Source: Octopus sinensis (lineage: Eukaryota). From it: a DNA stretch of 64,000 nt. Positions 1-13,439 of this stretch are shown here, piece by piece. Position numbers and translations under genes: made by a program. The DNA is taken from the NCBI RefSeq assembly GCF_006345805.1, contig NC_043011.1, forward strand, positions 23,696,464 to 23,760,463, in the 5' to 3' direction. Below the pieces are notes generated by a model. The model worked only from the letters and a program-made list of their open reading frames with translations, had not been told where the DNA came from and did no database searches. The first letter of the stretch is position 1; each line of letters opens with the position of its first letter.

Positions 1-500
1 AGGTATGCTGTTATTGTTTAGGCTTCAGTCTGGCGTGAAAGTGAAGAAGTAGACATAGGTCACTATGTTGAACTTTTTCTTGTGATTAATCAAGATCCTT
101 TATTCTGTAAGGTTTGTTTTCTGCTATATTAGGGTTCATTAAAAAATATTTATAGATAATACAGCTGCATACACAGGTCAAATACAGGTTGAAATTGGTG
201 TTGGTGCTTGTGGCTTGAAGAAATTTTAAACTGGGTATGTTAGAAAAGTTTAGATTGAGATTTTATTGCTATATAACATTTATTAGGGTATCCCAATCTA
301 TTTCTGGTACCAGAATTTATTATATATCAATGAATGCATGCTTATAACTGCATGTCATTACTTATACATCCAGACAATGCATAAGAATGATGCATTTTTT
401 TCATAGAGATATGCAGCTTGGAAATATAAATATATACACATATCCATATATGTGTATGTATATAGATAAATATGTATACACACACACATATATATATACC

Positions 501-705
501 TTTTATTCTTTTACTTATTTCAGTCATTTGACTGTGGCCTCATGCTGAGGTACCACCTTGAAGGGGTTTTAGTTGAACAAATCAACTTCAAGACTTTTTT
601 TTTAAAGTCTAGTACTTATTCTATTAGTGTCTTTTGCTGAACTGCTAAGTTACAGGGATGTAAGCACACCAACACCAGTTGTGTCTGTGGGGGGAACAAA
701 CAAAC

Positions 706-736
<31 letters not shown>

Positions 737-890
737 TACAACGGGCTTCTTTCAGTTCCCATCTACCAAATCTAGTCACAAGGCTTCAGTTGGCTTAAGG
801 CTATAGAAGACACCTGCCCAAAGTGCCATTCAGTGGGACTGAACCTGGAACCATGTGGTGTGGAAGCAAGCTTCTTACAACACAGCCATG
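501..890 (-). mobile_element. tRNA-derived SINE family A (tRNA/CORE-like head, central microsatellite, body ending ..GACTGAAACAAGTAAAAGA)
   Basis: Matches the other family-A copies in the window end to end. Confidence 0.9.
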
Positions 891-1631
891 TCTAGACAAG
901 CTTCTACAAGTAATATAAATATTTGTTTATTTTAACAGTGGTAACAAAATGTGGAAGCTTCTTGACAAATATGTTAAACACAACCAGCTTTAATAACTTC
1001 CCAAATAAGATTTACTGCTCTCATGTCTAACACAAAGATTTCATATCAATTAAACAGGTTACTATGCAATATGCTTCTTACAGTGTTCTAGATACTTAAA
1101 TGCCACCTATAAATTGCCTAACAAACGGATTCAGTTGCAAATAAAAATAAAGTTTCTCCATTTACTATGGACACAGGCATTCATACCTGCAACAAAAATA
1201 CAAGAATAGAAATCTGGCCGCAAGATAACAGCAAGTCACTAGCTGAAGAATTACTTTATACACATTCACATTCTGTGTATGCACAGAGTGTAGAAATCTG
1301 AATTTCAGTGGTAAGTTATATAGTGTAGCAAAAGCTGAACAGCTAGATATATAAATCAGATATATAAACAGAGGTGGAAAGGGAGAGAATAATCAGTAAT
1401 TGTCCAAATATGAACTATAATTACAGACATCTGACCTATTATAAATGAGAGACGTCCTGAAACAGTTCATCATTTACGCTCTTTCCTTCACTATTCATTC
1501 ACACGGTGTTATTAAATACCTTTAAGCCGATAGTTATTTTACTTTAACTGAACCACAAATTCCAATATCAGAATTTTCTTTTCTCTCTCTCTTTTTTTTT
1601 TTTTTTTTTTTCCGTTTCAAAGAATGACAAC

Positions 1632-1998
1632 CAGGCATGGCATTGTGGTAAGTAGTTTGCTTCTCAACCTCATGGTTTCAAGTTCAGTCCCACTGTGTGG
1701 CACCTTGGACAAGTGTCCTACTATAGCCCCTGAACTGACAAAAGTCTTGAGAGTGGATCTGGTAGACAGAAACTGAAAGAAACCAATTATGTGTGTGTGT
1801 GTGGTGTAGGTGGGTGGGTGTATGCCCTCAGTGTTGGTTTATTTGAATCCCTGTAATTTAGCAGTTCGACATAAGAGACAACAGAATAAGTAACAGACTT
1901 TTAAAAATTAAGTACTAGGTTCAGCTTCTTTGACTTAAAACCCTTCAAATTGCCCCAGCATGGCTGCAACCCAAAGACTGAAACAAGTAAATGATAAA
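1632..1998 (+). mobile_element. SINE family A copy
   Basis: Head GGCATTGTGGTAAGTAGTTTGC..GGTTTCAAGTTCAGTCCC, CCTTGGACAAGTG core, (GT)n centre, tail. Confidence 0.9.
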
Positions 1999-2199
1999 AC
2001 ACAAATGTTACATGTTGGTATAGCAGCAGGTCATCATTAATTTACAGGGAAGCACTGAATATACCAATTCAGTTCCTTTCAACCTTAAAATAGATATTAA
2101 AAAAACAGAGTTAATCCCCAGTACAACTAAATCTTAAAAAGCTTAATCCACCAAGCTGTAAATAGGTAGGATAACTCACTAATTTAAATTGCAACATCA

Positions 2200-2505
2200 C
2201 TGTAAAATTGAATGTAGTGCTGAGTCTAAACTCTTCTTGTGAATATGCCTAAGGGAATGATTGAACCCTGGCAAGCTGATGTATCCTAGATACACCACAT
2301 GATGATGCAGGAGGTAGCTAGCTCAGAAGAACAGAGACCATTGTACAGAAGAGGCAGAAAGAAGGAATACCACATATGTCAACCAATGGTTGAAGCTTGT
2401 GGGGGAGATATTTGACAATCAGCCAAATGACATTGTTTTTCATAAAGTTTAAGATAAGTGTGTATATATAAATGTATGTGTTGGTGTGCGAGTGTGGCAT
2501 AGCAT

Positions 2506-2548
<43 letters not shown>

Positions 2549-3530
2549 TAGCAGCAACTCTATCCCCGGTACTCTAATTTGGATCATGCTTCAGCTTTGT
2601 AGGTGGTTAGCATTTGATCAGGACTAAACTATTTTGAGGCTCTCAAGGGGAGGACTAATCTTTGAGATACAGAGACTGAACCCTAGCATTTGCAGTGAAT
2701 TTAGGAGTTTTATTTTAATTGCAGCATTTTTTATGTGGAGTGGGCCTGCATATGATCTTTCCATGAAAATATGTAGTGATTGTGTCTTGATGACACTGAA
2801 GGTTGTCATGTCCTCATTGAAGCATCTTCTCAGGGTCTGTTCATGGAAGCAACACATACCTGGTGTAAATTAGCTTTACAGCATGTGGGGATGTCCATAA
2901 GTGCACAAAGTTAAGAAGGAATGAAAGGATAATATCTTCTGTTAGGGGAATGTGTATTGTTAGAGGTCATTCATGTACAAATGGAAATGTGGAAGAAATA
3001 ACCAAACCTTGGAATGCACCAGAGTTGCACTCAGAGTATACCCGAGAGAGACAGACGGACAGAGAGCTCTAATGGCATATACTTCATTGGACAGATTTAA
3101 CAGGAAGCTTCCACACCAAGAATTTTGTTTGTTTTTTTTTACTTTCTAGTTCTCAAGTGGGGGGGGGGGCACTGCCCATGGCCATTATAGGCTCTCCAAA
3201 AACAGTGATATTGCTGAAGCCATTAAGAACCATTGCAAGTTAATAACTGTTGGAGAAAAACATAAAAGTAGGGAGGAAGTTCCAGAGAATTAACATTCTA
3301 GGAAGGGCTAGATATAATAGTCAAGGCAGGGATTGTGGGGGTGTTGGACACAACAAGGGTAATGAAAGAAGAGATGAGTGGTTGGGGATGCAGAAATATT
3401 TCATGCTATGTTAATTGTTCATATGAAACAAAACTATCATTTTCCAACCATCATAATATCAATTCATCTGTAGCAGCTAATTTCTCTAAACAACTCCTAA
3501 TTACTTCAAGTCTGCTATGACCTAGCCTGT
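2200..3530 (-). mobile_element. Heavily decayed CR1/Jockey-like LINE reverse transcriptase remnant
   Basis: Minus-strand translation gives NSGAFQGLVISS (cf. NSGVPQGSVLSP) and QMLTTYKAEA*SKLEY (cf. LYKAQIRPKLEY). Confidence 0.6.
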
Positions 3531-4149
3531 CAGTTTTCAAGTTCTTGTTTTAAGACACATTTTTAACAATCAACATTATTATTATCATCAATTAAATTCA
3601 TTAAAGATGTTTCCTTTCCATTCAGTAATCAATACCTCTTACATCCAAGCATTTTGTCCCATTGGCATTTCATATATCTTTCCAATTCATGTTATACATG
3701 TCCAATTGGTTACACATCGTTCATTACCTACTGCAGCTCATAATATATTTATAAATAACATTTACTTATTTATAAGAAATTTTAAAGATAACCCTTCAGA
3801 AACTGTAGGAAAAGTGCTGGAGGTGGAATATTTTATACACTTGAATGCAAAAAGAGACAGAAAAGTATATTTGTGATTTCAAATTAGTAATAGAAATACT
3901 AAAATGTTCATCGTTTTACTTTAAAAATATGGCTCTCACTAACTTCAATACTGAACAGGCAGGTTGCATTGAGTCATAAATTATATTATCTATTTCTAAA
4001 CATTCTAAGGCAAAACATTTTAAACATTTTTATATTGTGCCTTGACACAAGAAACTTCTACTAAAAATGTTTAGATTATATACCAGGAAGTACAGTAACT
4101 TCAGCACAAAACAGTTTCTTTTATTCTTTTAGGTATTTATTTTATTTTT

Positions 4150-4508
4150 TTTTACTGCGGCCATGCTGGAGCACCGCCTTTAATCGAGCAACTCGACCCC
4201 GGGACTTATTCTTTTGTAAGCCCAGTACTTATTCTATCGGTCTCTTTTGCCGAACCGCTAAGTAACGGGGACATAAACACACCAGCATCGGTTGTCAAGC
4301 AATGCTAGGGGGACAAACACAAACGCACAAACACACACACGCACACATATATATATATACATATATACGACGGGCTTCTTTCAGTTTCCGTCTACCAAAT
4401 CCACTCACAAGGCTTTGGTCGGCCTGAGGCTATAGTAGAAGACACTTGCCCAAGGTGCCACGCAGTAGGATTGAACCCGGAACCATGTGGTTGGTAAACA
4501 AGCTACTT
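4150..4508 (-). mobile_element. SINE family A, young CpG-retaining copy
   Basis: Near-consensus body with many intact CpGs; the head stops just before the adjacent MITE. Confidence 0.9.
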
Positions 4509-4522
4509 TTTTCAATATTTAA

Positions 4523-4747
4523 CCCATTTGTTACCAACCTGGCTGAAACTGGCACCGGCTCTGAGTACAAATGTCCTGTTTTCATAAGTTCTGAATTAAA
4601 ATCTTCCACCAAACAATACTCACAATTTATGTTCCTAACACTACACTAGCTTAATGATAACTAAGTTATTTTACTAAATTCTTTGTTATATTTAAAGTGA
4701 CTGAAAGAAATACAGAGCATTTCAAAGTAAATACAGTAACGAAAGGG
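4523..4747. mobile_element. piggyBac-like MITE
   Basis: TTAA on both sides (4519-4522, 4748-4751); termini CCCATTTGTTAC / GTAACGAAAGGG. Confidence 0.7.
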
Positions 4748-6486
4748 TTAAGAAAAAATATATGAAATCTCAAAAGACGAACTAAATCTCCTACATTGGC
4801 ATGAATATGATATTTAAGAAGCAGGTTTTGGAGACTCGAGCTGATGCATCCTCTATTGCTACTTATGCACTACAACTAGCAGAAAAGTCAGTCTTTGACA
4901 ACATTCTTAAATGTCATAACATTCTATCCAAATCTATCCCTAATGGTTATCTAAAAAAAACTTTAAAAAGGAGGGTGGGGGATGCAGTCACAGCTACTGT
5001 TAAACTTAGTTATACACTTTTGGAAAAGAGAAGGGTAATTGGGTAGCTAAAGGACATTTTGCAGTATGACCAACTGAAAGTATAGCTAAGGCATGGTAAA
5101 AGCAAAAAGAAAGCAACATAGATTAAGTGTAATTTTTGTATGGGCATTGTTAAGTGGCTGCAGTTAGAATAGATGGGAAGATCAATGATTGGAAACTGGA
5201 AAGTGTGGATATCAATAACAACAAAAATAATCATATGTGAAGCTAGAATTATGATTAACAGCAGAATCAATGATTTTTTTAATTTTTCATTAAAGGACAA
5301 GCTCATGGAACCATACATCTATGAGTAGACATTGCCTATGACTGCATAGAGAAAACAAAACTTTCACTGGAGCATATGAAGCAAAATCATTGCATTTCTG
5401 AGATTTATAATTAGAGCAAGGTGACAAACAGATATTGAAGGGCAACATACGAGGATAAAGTTTCCCCTTATTTTTCATGTTCCTTCAAAACAAAACAGTG
5501 GCATTCAGGTCAAGAGAAAGCATATTCTACTGTGGCCTCTTAGTATGTGCTACAGACAAGTAAAAATTACCATCACTGTGGACTTTTAAGGGGTGAAAAA
5601 TCATAAAAAAAAAAGAATTACTAAATGTTATATATTTTCCATAACCATCACAAAAGTTGGCTGGATGAAAGGATGAAACTATGGTGGGCAGCTAAAGACA
5701 CTGTTCCTATTAGTTCTAGATCAGTTTAGAGCCCTAACAACTGATAGTATAAAAAAGCATTTTAGTAATTGTAAAAGGAAAACAGTAATAATATCTGGTG
5801 CACTGAGTATGTAATTGTGGCTGTTGAATGTTTTGATTAACAAGCTATTCAAAAATGTCATAGGTGAAGAATGGAATAAACAGATAACTGCTCTAGCACC
5901 TATGGAATGAATTAAGCAACCTATTATCTTTTACAGGTGTGTCAATAAATATTGCATGGATTTCAATTAGGAATGAAGTAAAAATAAAAGCTTTTAAGAA
6001 AACCTGAACTAGTAATGCTTTTAATAATACTAAAGAGGAATTCCTATAAAATTCAAACACATAGAGGAGAGCAGCAGCAATAAAAAATTTTTTTTTAAAA
6101 CTGAGAATGATGAGGAATGAATTTTGATAATGAAGATTTTAAAAAGCCAGTTTTGATTCTCACTGTTCATCAGGATGATTTATTGCCAGTTAGCACATAG
6201 CAAATAATTTGTTTGCTGATGTTATAAACAGGAGCCACAAACTTGTTAGAATCATTAGTCCTGGGTAGCTTTGGCTTAGGAGACACAACAATGTTGAAAT
6301 ACTGGGCGTTCCAAATTCCCCTTATGCTAATGAATCAAATTTGTTATGAACACACATTCACTTGAAAAGAATTCTTTTCATTTAATAAGATACAACAACA
6401 ATTAGCAAATACATATCCATCGCGTTCAACTTCACAGAACAAATTAAGAATGAATATGTAAAAAAGAAATTTAAATATGAAAATTT

Positions 6487-6866
6487 TGCTTCCCAACCAG
6501 ATGGTTCTGGGTTCAGTCCCACTGCATGACATTTTGGGCAAGTACCTTCTACTATAGCCTCGGGTTGACCAAAGCCTTGTGAGTGGATTTGGTAGACAGA
6601 AACTGAAAGAAGCCAGTTGTATATATACATACATGTATATATTTGTATGTGTGTCTTTGTGTCCATGTTTGTCCACCACCATCACTTGACAACTGATGTT
6701 GGTATGTTTATGTCCCCATAACTTAGCAGTTCTGCAAAAGAAACTGATAGAATATGTTCCAGGCTTACAAAGCATAAGTCTTGGGATCAATTTTGATTAA
6801 AACAAAGGTGGTGCTCCAGCAAGGCTGCAGTCAATTGACTGAAACAACTAAAAGAATAAAGAATAA
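6487..6866 (+). mobile_element. SINE family A copy, 5'-clipped
   Basis: Same head, core, microsatellite and tail order as other copies. Confidence 0.85.
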
Positions 6867-9435
6867 CATCTCCATTTTAATATCATGCAACATGCTTCAA
6901 TTTGTATTATTTTATATATTCGACATTAACTTTTAAAGTCATATACTGCAGATATTCACATCTGTTGCTATGTCTTAAAACTGCACAAAACTGCAATGTA
7001 AAATAGCATTACTGTTTTAAAAAGCAGCAGGTCAAAAACTGAAATGAAGCCACTTCTGTGCAAAAAGAAGTTGCATTTTTTCTTCCTTTAGATTTTCAAG
7101 CAAACAGTGGTTAATATCTGATGCAGGGAGTTAGAATTCAGTGATATTATTTATTATGATTTACTTATTACTATTCATTTATTAACAATTCAATTAGGAA
7201 ATTTATGCCTAGGAAACGATATCTTATATTAAGTGAAAACACTTAAGTATAATCAACTTAATTGTATTCAACCAACCTTGGCAGGTGAAAGAACATGACA
7301 GTAGATAAAAACCATATTCACAATGTACTCCAATGATCATTATATCACAACTGAAAATTTTAACCAAATTCAAGCAATAATTACATTTTATATTGGAATA
7401 ACTACATTTCATCAAAATCTCTAGTTCCTAACAGGATTGGGAGATTTATAAAGAGAAAGCACAAGATTTTATGAGTTAAATATTCAATAATATGGTTTCA
7501 TTTAAAATGTTCTTTTTTATTATGCCAGATAATGTATATTTCCTCCTGTCTTACCCCACTTCGTGTGTATCTAATGTATAACACATGGTAATTTCAAGTG
7601 AAATAAAACAAAACAAAATATGTATGCATTGGATGACAGGAAAAATGTCTCACACACAAATGGGCTATGAAAGTCAGTTCATATACAACAATGTTAGCTG
7701 CCCAAAAAATGATAAAAATATGTCTCTATTGCATTACTATTTTTTTAAACTCTTGTATTGCCCAGAGATCAAAATCTATCAGTTTCTAAATTCTAATATA
7801 TGAAATAATACTATATATCACAGCTGGTAGAAGCTTCAAATCAGAATCTGCTTGAAAAATGAAGGTGAAAATGGAGAGAGGTGTTACACTGATCAGAGTG
7901 GTCAACTCAAATGAAAGAATCAAAGAGACAGGGTGAGTGCCAATGAGGAATTGCATTTCAAAACAACCAACTGGGGGTATAAGACAACCAAGTCATTAGG
8001 TGCTATGTAGAGTTCAGCTAACTAATCATTTGCTTTCAAATTGCAAATTGAAGATTTTACAAAAGTCAAAGAAACTCACAAAATCAAGCAGCTTTATGAA
8101 AAGTATTACAATTAAGGAATTACCATGTTAAATCACCATCATCATTTAACGTCTGCTTTCCATGCTGGCATGGGTTGGACAGTTTGACTGGGGACTAGAA
8201 AGCCAGGAGGCTGCACCATCTATACTAAAATTTGTGTTTGCAAAATTTATTTCATATGCAAATCAACTAAGGCTACCCTATCTGATCATATGAGACAGAA
8301 AAAAAGTCATGATAATTTTGCATATCTGATAAGCATTCAAATATATATATATAATTACCACTAGATGTATTGCATTGTGTTTTTAATATAGGCCAGTACC
8401 TGGGCCCCAGTTTGCACCTCAAAAACCCGTTTCTTCAAAACGAAAACGGAGACATAACTAAAAGTTTTGTTAGAGAAAATACAGATGCACGGGAAGCCTA
8501 AAAGTAAATCCCATAATTTTTAATGGGTACCACACCATTTCATAATATAAACAATATAAGTAGCTATTTCTCAGAAAGAAACATTTAAAAACAAGTCTAA
8601 AAGGAAATTCATCAATTATTATGAGTTTAGCTAATATAACAGTGATTGAGTAAAAATTATTACATTTTATCTTTCTTTATTACTTTCTCCATTGCCCATA
8701 GCAGAAAGAAAACTCGGCATACAATGCAAATATTCATCACTGCTATGAGTGCATGCTAGGTATTACATAGAGCACCCCTAATATAAGGAATTGTCCAGTG
8801 TTTGAGAATACATGCTTAAAGAGTTGATAGAACAATATTCATGTAATACTTTAAACTTCACAATATTTTACAAGAAAAATCAATTTTAAAGTCAAAACGT
8901 TAATATATATATATATATATATACTCTTTTTTTTTTATCAATTTTTGCTAGCCATAATATAATATTTACAGCTTATGTACACATCAATATTTTGTAGCCA
9001 AAAGTAAATTCAATCTTGAAAGAAAAAAAAAAATCGAAGTTATTGACACAACAAAAGGAATTTTATATTAGATGTCTTATTTTCACAAACAAGGTAAGGA
9101 ATTCAATCCCTCTGGCCTGATAACAATAGACAGATCATTTCAGAAATGTAAATAACTGAGGAGACACACTATACAACATATATATATATATATATTTTAC
9201 AGCAGGATCATTAAGAAAATGAAATTATGAAAATAATTGCTTCTATTCATAAATTACTAATAGAAATAAAGTTTAATATAGATTTTCCAATGAGGAACAC
9301 TAGATTTAAATAAATAATAAGTTAAATGCCAAGGAAAATACAAAAAGTTACAATATCAAATTTGAAGCCCGAATCTACATGTCTGAAACATTAAGTAGTG
9401 CTAATTTACAGCACCAAGCAGCACAATGTTATATA

Positions 9436-10310
9436 CGAGGTCTGATCAATAAGTATCCAGACTGTTGCCATAGTAACAAAGCTAAAGCACGTAGAGTGAA
9501 GCTGCTTGGCAAAAATTGACTGTGAACGCTGTTGTGCATGCACACTAAGTTTTAATGTTCTAGCTCACTTCCACTATTTTCAGCAGTGCTTGGTAGGAAG
9601 GTGTGTAGCATGCGATTGTTGCATTGACCATGACTGTGAAGTTGTCATGGCAATACTTGCTCAGAAGTCTACACAGAGTTGCAGAAAGTGTATGAAGAGG
9701 AGTGTATGAGTCATGTACAAGTGGTTCAGGCATTATACCAAGATGGCTGAAGAAATGTTGATATTGACGAAACATTCTGGGAGACCTGCAACCAACAGAA
9801 CTGAGAAAACATCGCAGGTGTGCGTGCAGCTGAGAGGAAATTGTCAAATCACTGTCCATGAGTTATCAGAAGATGTGCAGATTAGTTACAGTTCAATTCA
9901 GTCAAATATCACTGAAGAATTGGGTATGAGATGCATATCTGCCAAGTTTGTGCCAAAACTGCTTTCAGCAGACCAAGAAGACACTCAGGTTTCAGTTGCA
10001 TAAGATCTTGATTGTGTCAAGAATGATGAAAACTTTTTGAAAATTTTGCATAGGCCTCTGAGCAGGTATTGCCAAGCTTTTGGCAAAATTTGATGCAGAT
10101 TCTCTGCTCAACTTTCTCTGTCATGGTCAATGTGACAATCACACACTACACACCTTCCTTCCAATCACTGCTGTAAACAGCAGAAGTTAGCTAGAATGTT
10201 AAAACTTAGTGTGCATGCACAGCAGAGTTCACTGTGCCAAGTAGCTTCATTCTGCATGCTTTAGCTTTGTTACTATGGCAACAGTCTGGATACTTACTGA
10301 TCAGACCACG
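9436..10310. mobile_element. Non-autonomous mariner derivative with two inverted 5' ends
   Basis: TA flanks; long inverted arms; the plus arm encodes the HTH region and AKFVPKLL (WVPR-like motif); the minus arm encodes MTEKVEQRICIKFCQKLG. Confidence 0.85.
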
Positions 10311-10326
10311 TACATATACATACATA

Positions 10327-10580
10327 TGGATTGTCATTTAATGTCCACTTTTCCATGCTTGCATGGGTCAAACAGAATTTATTGAGGCAGATTTTCTATG
10401 ATTTGATACCCTTCTTGATGCCAACCCTCACCTGTTTCCCGGCAAGGTAACATTTCTCCATGGCTAGACATGTTCTTCATGAAAGACTGGAAATGAACAA
10501 CATTGCGTAAATGATGATGATGATGATGCTTATTTGTAATCATCATGTAATATCAAGATAAGGGTACATACACACACACA
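10327..10580 (-). mobile_element. SINE family F fragment (RTE-type tail)
   Basis: CATTTAATGTCCACTTTTCCATGCTTGCATGGG tail; body shared with the 15690, 20250 and 29840 copies. Confidence 0.7.
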
Positions 10581-12560
10581 TACATACATAAATAAATAAA
10601 TACATACATGATGTGGATGGATGCATGCATGCACAGTTGGAGGGAGGGAGGGAGGAATAGATGGATGGATGAAGGGAGAGATGAAAAGACAGATGGTTGG
10701 CTGACTAGAGGGAAAGATGTATGGGTAGATGCACACACACTATACAGATGACACATGAATATACCTTGCAGAAACATTTTGAAAATGAATATCTTCTATA
10801 TGATTGCTTGTATTAAAACTTCATCTCAGTCTTTTCATTTTCTTCTTAATAGTAAAGGAGAATTTATTTTATTGTTTTGTGATTAATAAATCAATACGTT
10901 GCCCTGATGGCTGTAATATATTTAAGCAAGCTACATACACCAACAGCCTTGATAACAGACTATGCCAAACAATAAAGAAAACTGCCAAATATGCTTTCCG
11001 CTTTCCTAACTATCAATATCCATATTACACTTGTTTCTGTAACATCAGATCTACCAAGTTTAACAAGTCCATTACAAATATTTTGAATAATTCTGGATAC
11101 TAAGATGCTAAACTTTCAGGGATCCAACTTCTATTAAAAAGGTATTGTTATACTTATTTTGTGATCTCTCTGCCATATCTGTGGGTCTTACACTTCACAT
11201 TTCAGATATCAGTCTTCAGTTTTCTCACCTCATCATTGACAGTTGCAATATTAAATCTATTTCAAACCTTCAAGATTACCATCAGAGCAAAATAATGAAA
11301 TAATGACCAAAGAATACGGAAGTTCAAATATCTACACAGGCCTACACAACTATGTAACAAATAGAAACTTTTTAAGAACCAATGAGAGACCCCCTATGTG
11401 GTCACTTGATCTGCTAGAACTAGCAACAAAATCTCCCTCAAATCACACTACATTTATGAAAAAAAAAAAAACATTGGACAATATAGTCATAAAGACACAA
11501 AATAATGAGCCAGTTAAACTGAAATACCTTTTAATCATAAGCTGCTCATTCAGGGGCAAACAACAACAGAAGCCTTTCAGGCATTTTCCCATAGCCAGAC
11601 ATGGTCTTGCAGAATATTGGAAATGAGTGACACTGCTTATATGACAGTGACACTCATTTATAACTATCACATGATGTCAAGACAAGGAGACATAAACTCT
11701 CCTTGCTAGTAATAGTAACCAAATCTCCCTCACCCTAACAGCTTGGGAATACAGTCCTAGACTAAACCTGAAAGCAGCAGCAAAAAAGACTGGATGATCA
11801 CAGCTGGAACGTCTTTGATCAGGGCTAACCCAAGTTAATCAATAACAATGTAGACCAAGATTAAATAGCTTTATGTGATGAACGGCTTTTGTAGATTCCC
11901 AAACAATATAGAACAGCTTTAAATATTTGTCTTCACTCATATCTTAGAATGAAAATGAAAATTTAGAGTTCCAGAGAACATATTTCCCTTCATCCCTTTC
12001 TCTGGTTATCCTTAAATATTTGTCATCAATAACACACTTGCCATCAAGGTGAATGTGGCTCATATGTACAACATTTTGAAGACCTATGGGATTTTCAAAG
12101 CCAAAAGTCGAGACAAATATATCACAAAGAACAATAAAATTCTTTTAGTTTAATAATGTTATAAACACAGATTTCATTTTAATTTACCTACTTTATTTTT
12201 GTACTAGTTCTCAAGTGAAGTACATTATTGGTCTTAATATTTTCTACCACTACACAGTTATTGAGCTGTAGGTTTCAAGTATTGGTATAAATGTTTGAAG
12301 CTGGTGAAATGTAAATACAAATATCTGAATTTGTTTAACTCATCCAGCCTATGCTAGCTTTGGAAAACTAGAGTAAAAATATTTTTAGATAATTTCAAAG
12401 GTTACAAAATTTCAGTTAAAATGTTTCCCAAGAACTAAAAATGTAGATAAACAAGAATTAAAAATAGCATTCAATGCAAGGAGTTATTTCCAGTAAATGC
12501 TAGTAATACATTTATAAAATGTTCAAAATATTGTTTTAATGACACATGAAAAGAACAAAA

Positions 12561-13439
12561 TTGTAATATGAGAAACTTGCTGAATGTTATCCACACAAAT
12601 TATGAACTCAGTTAAATCATTGAGACAATAAACAATTTAAAATTGCTCGACAATTTAACATTTTCATGCTGTACATGAAATCAATTTCACGAAAACAAGC
12701 TTACTTGTTCTTTTCATGGGACAAGCTGATATATTCTATATTCACAGGCAAGTTTCAATTAGTTTTAATCAAATTCTTTACTGCTATTATACAGGAATTA
12801 TATAACTAACTGCTGTAAATTAATAGAATTTTGCCATCTGTTTTTTTTTTTTGAGGGTTTTTGTTTTTCATACTGATAGGTTCAGTTTACAGTAAGGCAA
12901 ACTGCCACTTACGTAGTCAAATTTAACCAATTCTACCAACATCTTGTGCTGTTATTACCTTGTACTATCAACACATTGCACATTTTCAACCAACACTCAC
13001 TGTCCATTTCAGCAAAGTCTTTCCTGTATAAAAAAATCCAATCCCTTTAATGCCAACTCATTTATACTCAGCCTTTCATGCAAATTAACAGTACACATCT
13101 AGCAGATCACTACACAGATAACAGAAACTAACAACAACCATAATAAACCCTCTGAAGAGTTCAAGCACTTTGCTGCTAAGTACTTTGTAATATGAGAAAC
13201 TTGCTGAATGTTAATCCACACAAATTATGAACTCAGTTAAATCATTGAGACAATAAACATTTAAAGATTGCTAGACAATTTAACATTTTTATGTTATACA
13301 TATGAAAAACTTGTTCTTTTCGTGGGTCAAGCTGATATATTTTATATTCACAGACAAGTCACAACTGAGAATTCAGTTAAGTTTTAAATTTTAGTTAAAT
13401 TATTTACCCTTACTATGCAGGAGTTATGCAACTAACTGC
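12561..13439. repeat. Local direct duplication of about 250 bp (12561-12813 and 13185-13439)
   Basis: Both blocks start TTGTAATATGAGAAACTTGCTGAATGTTA and end AACTAACTGC; offset 624 bp; several indels between copies. Confidence 0.9.
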
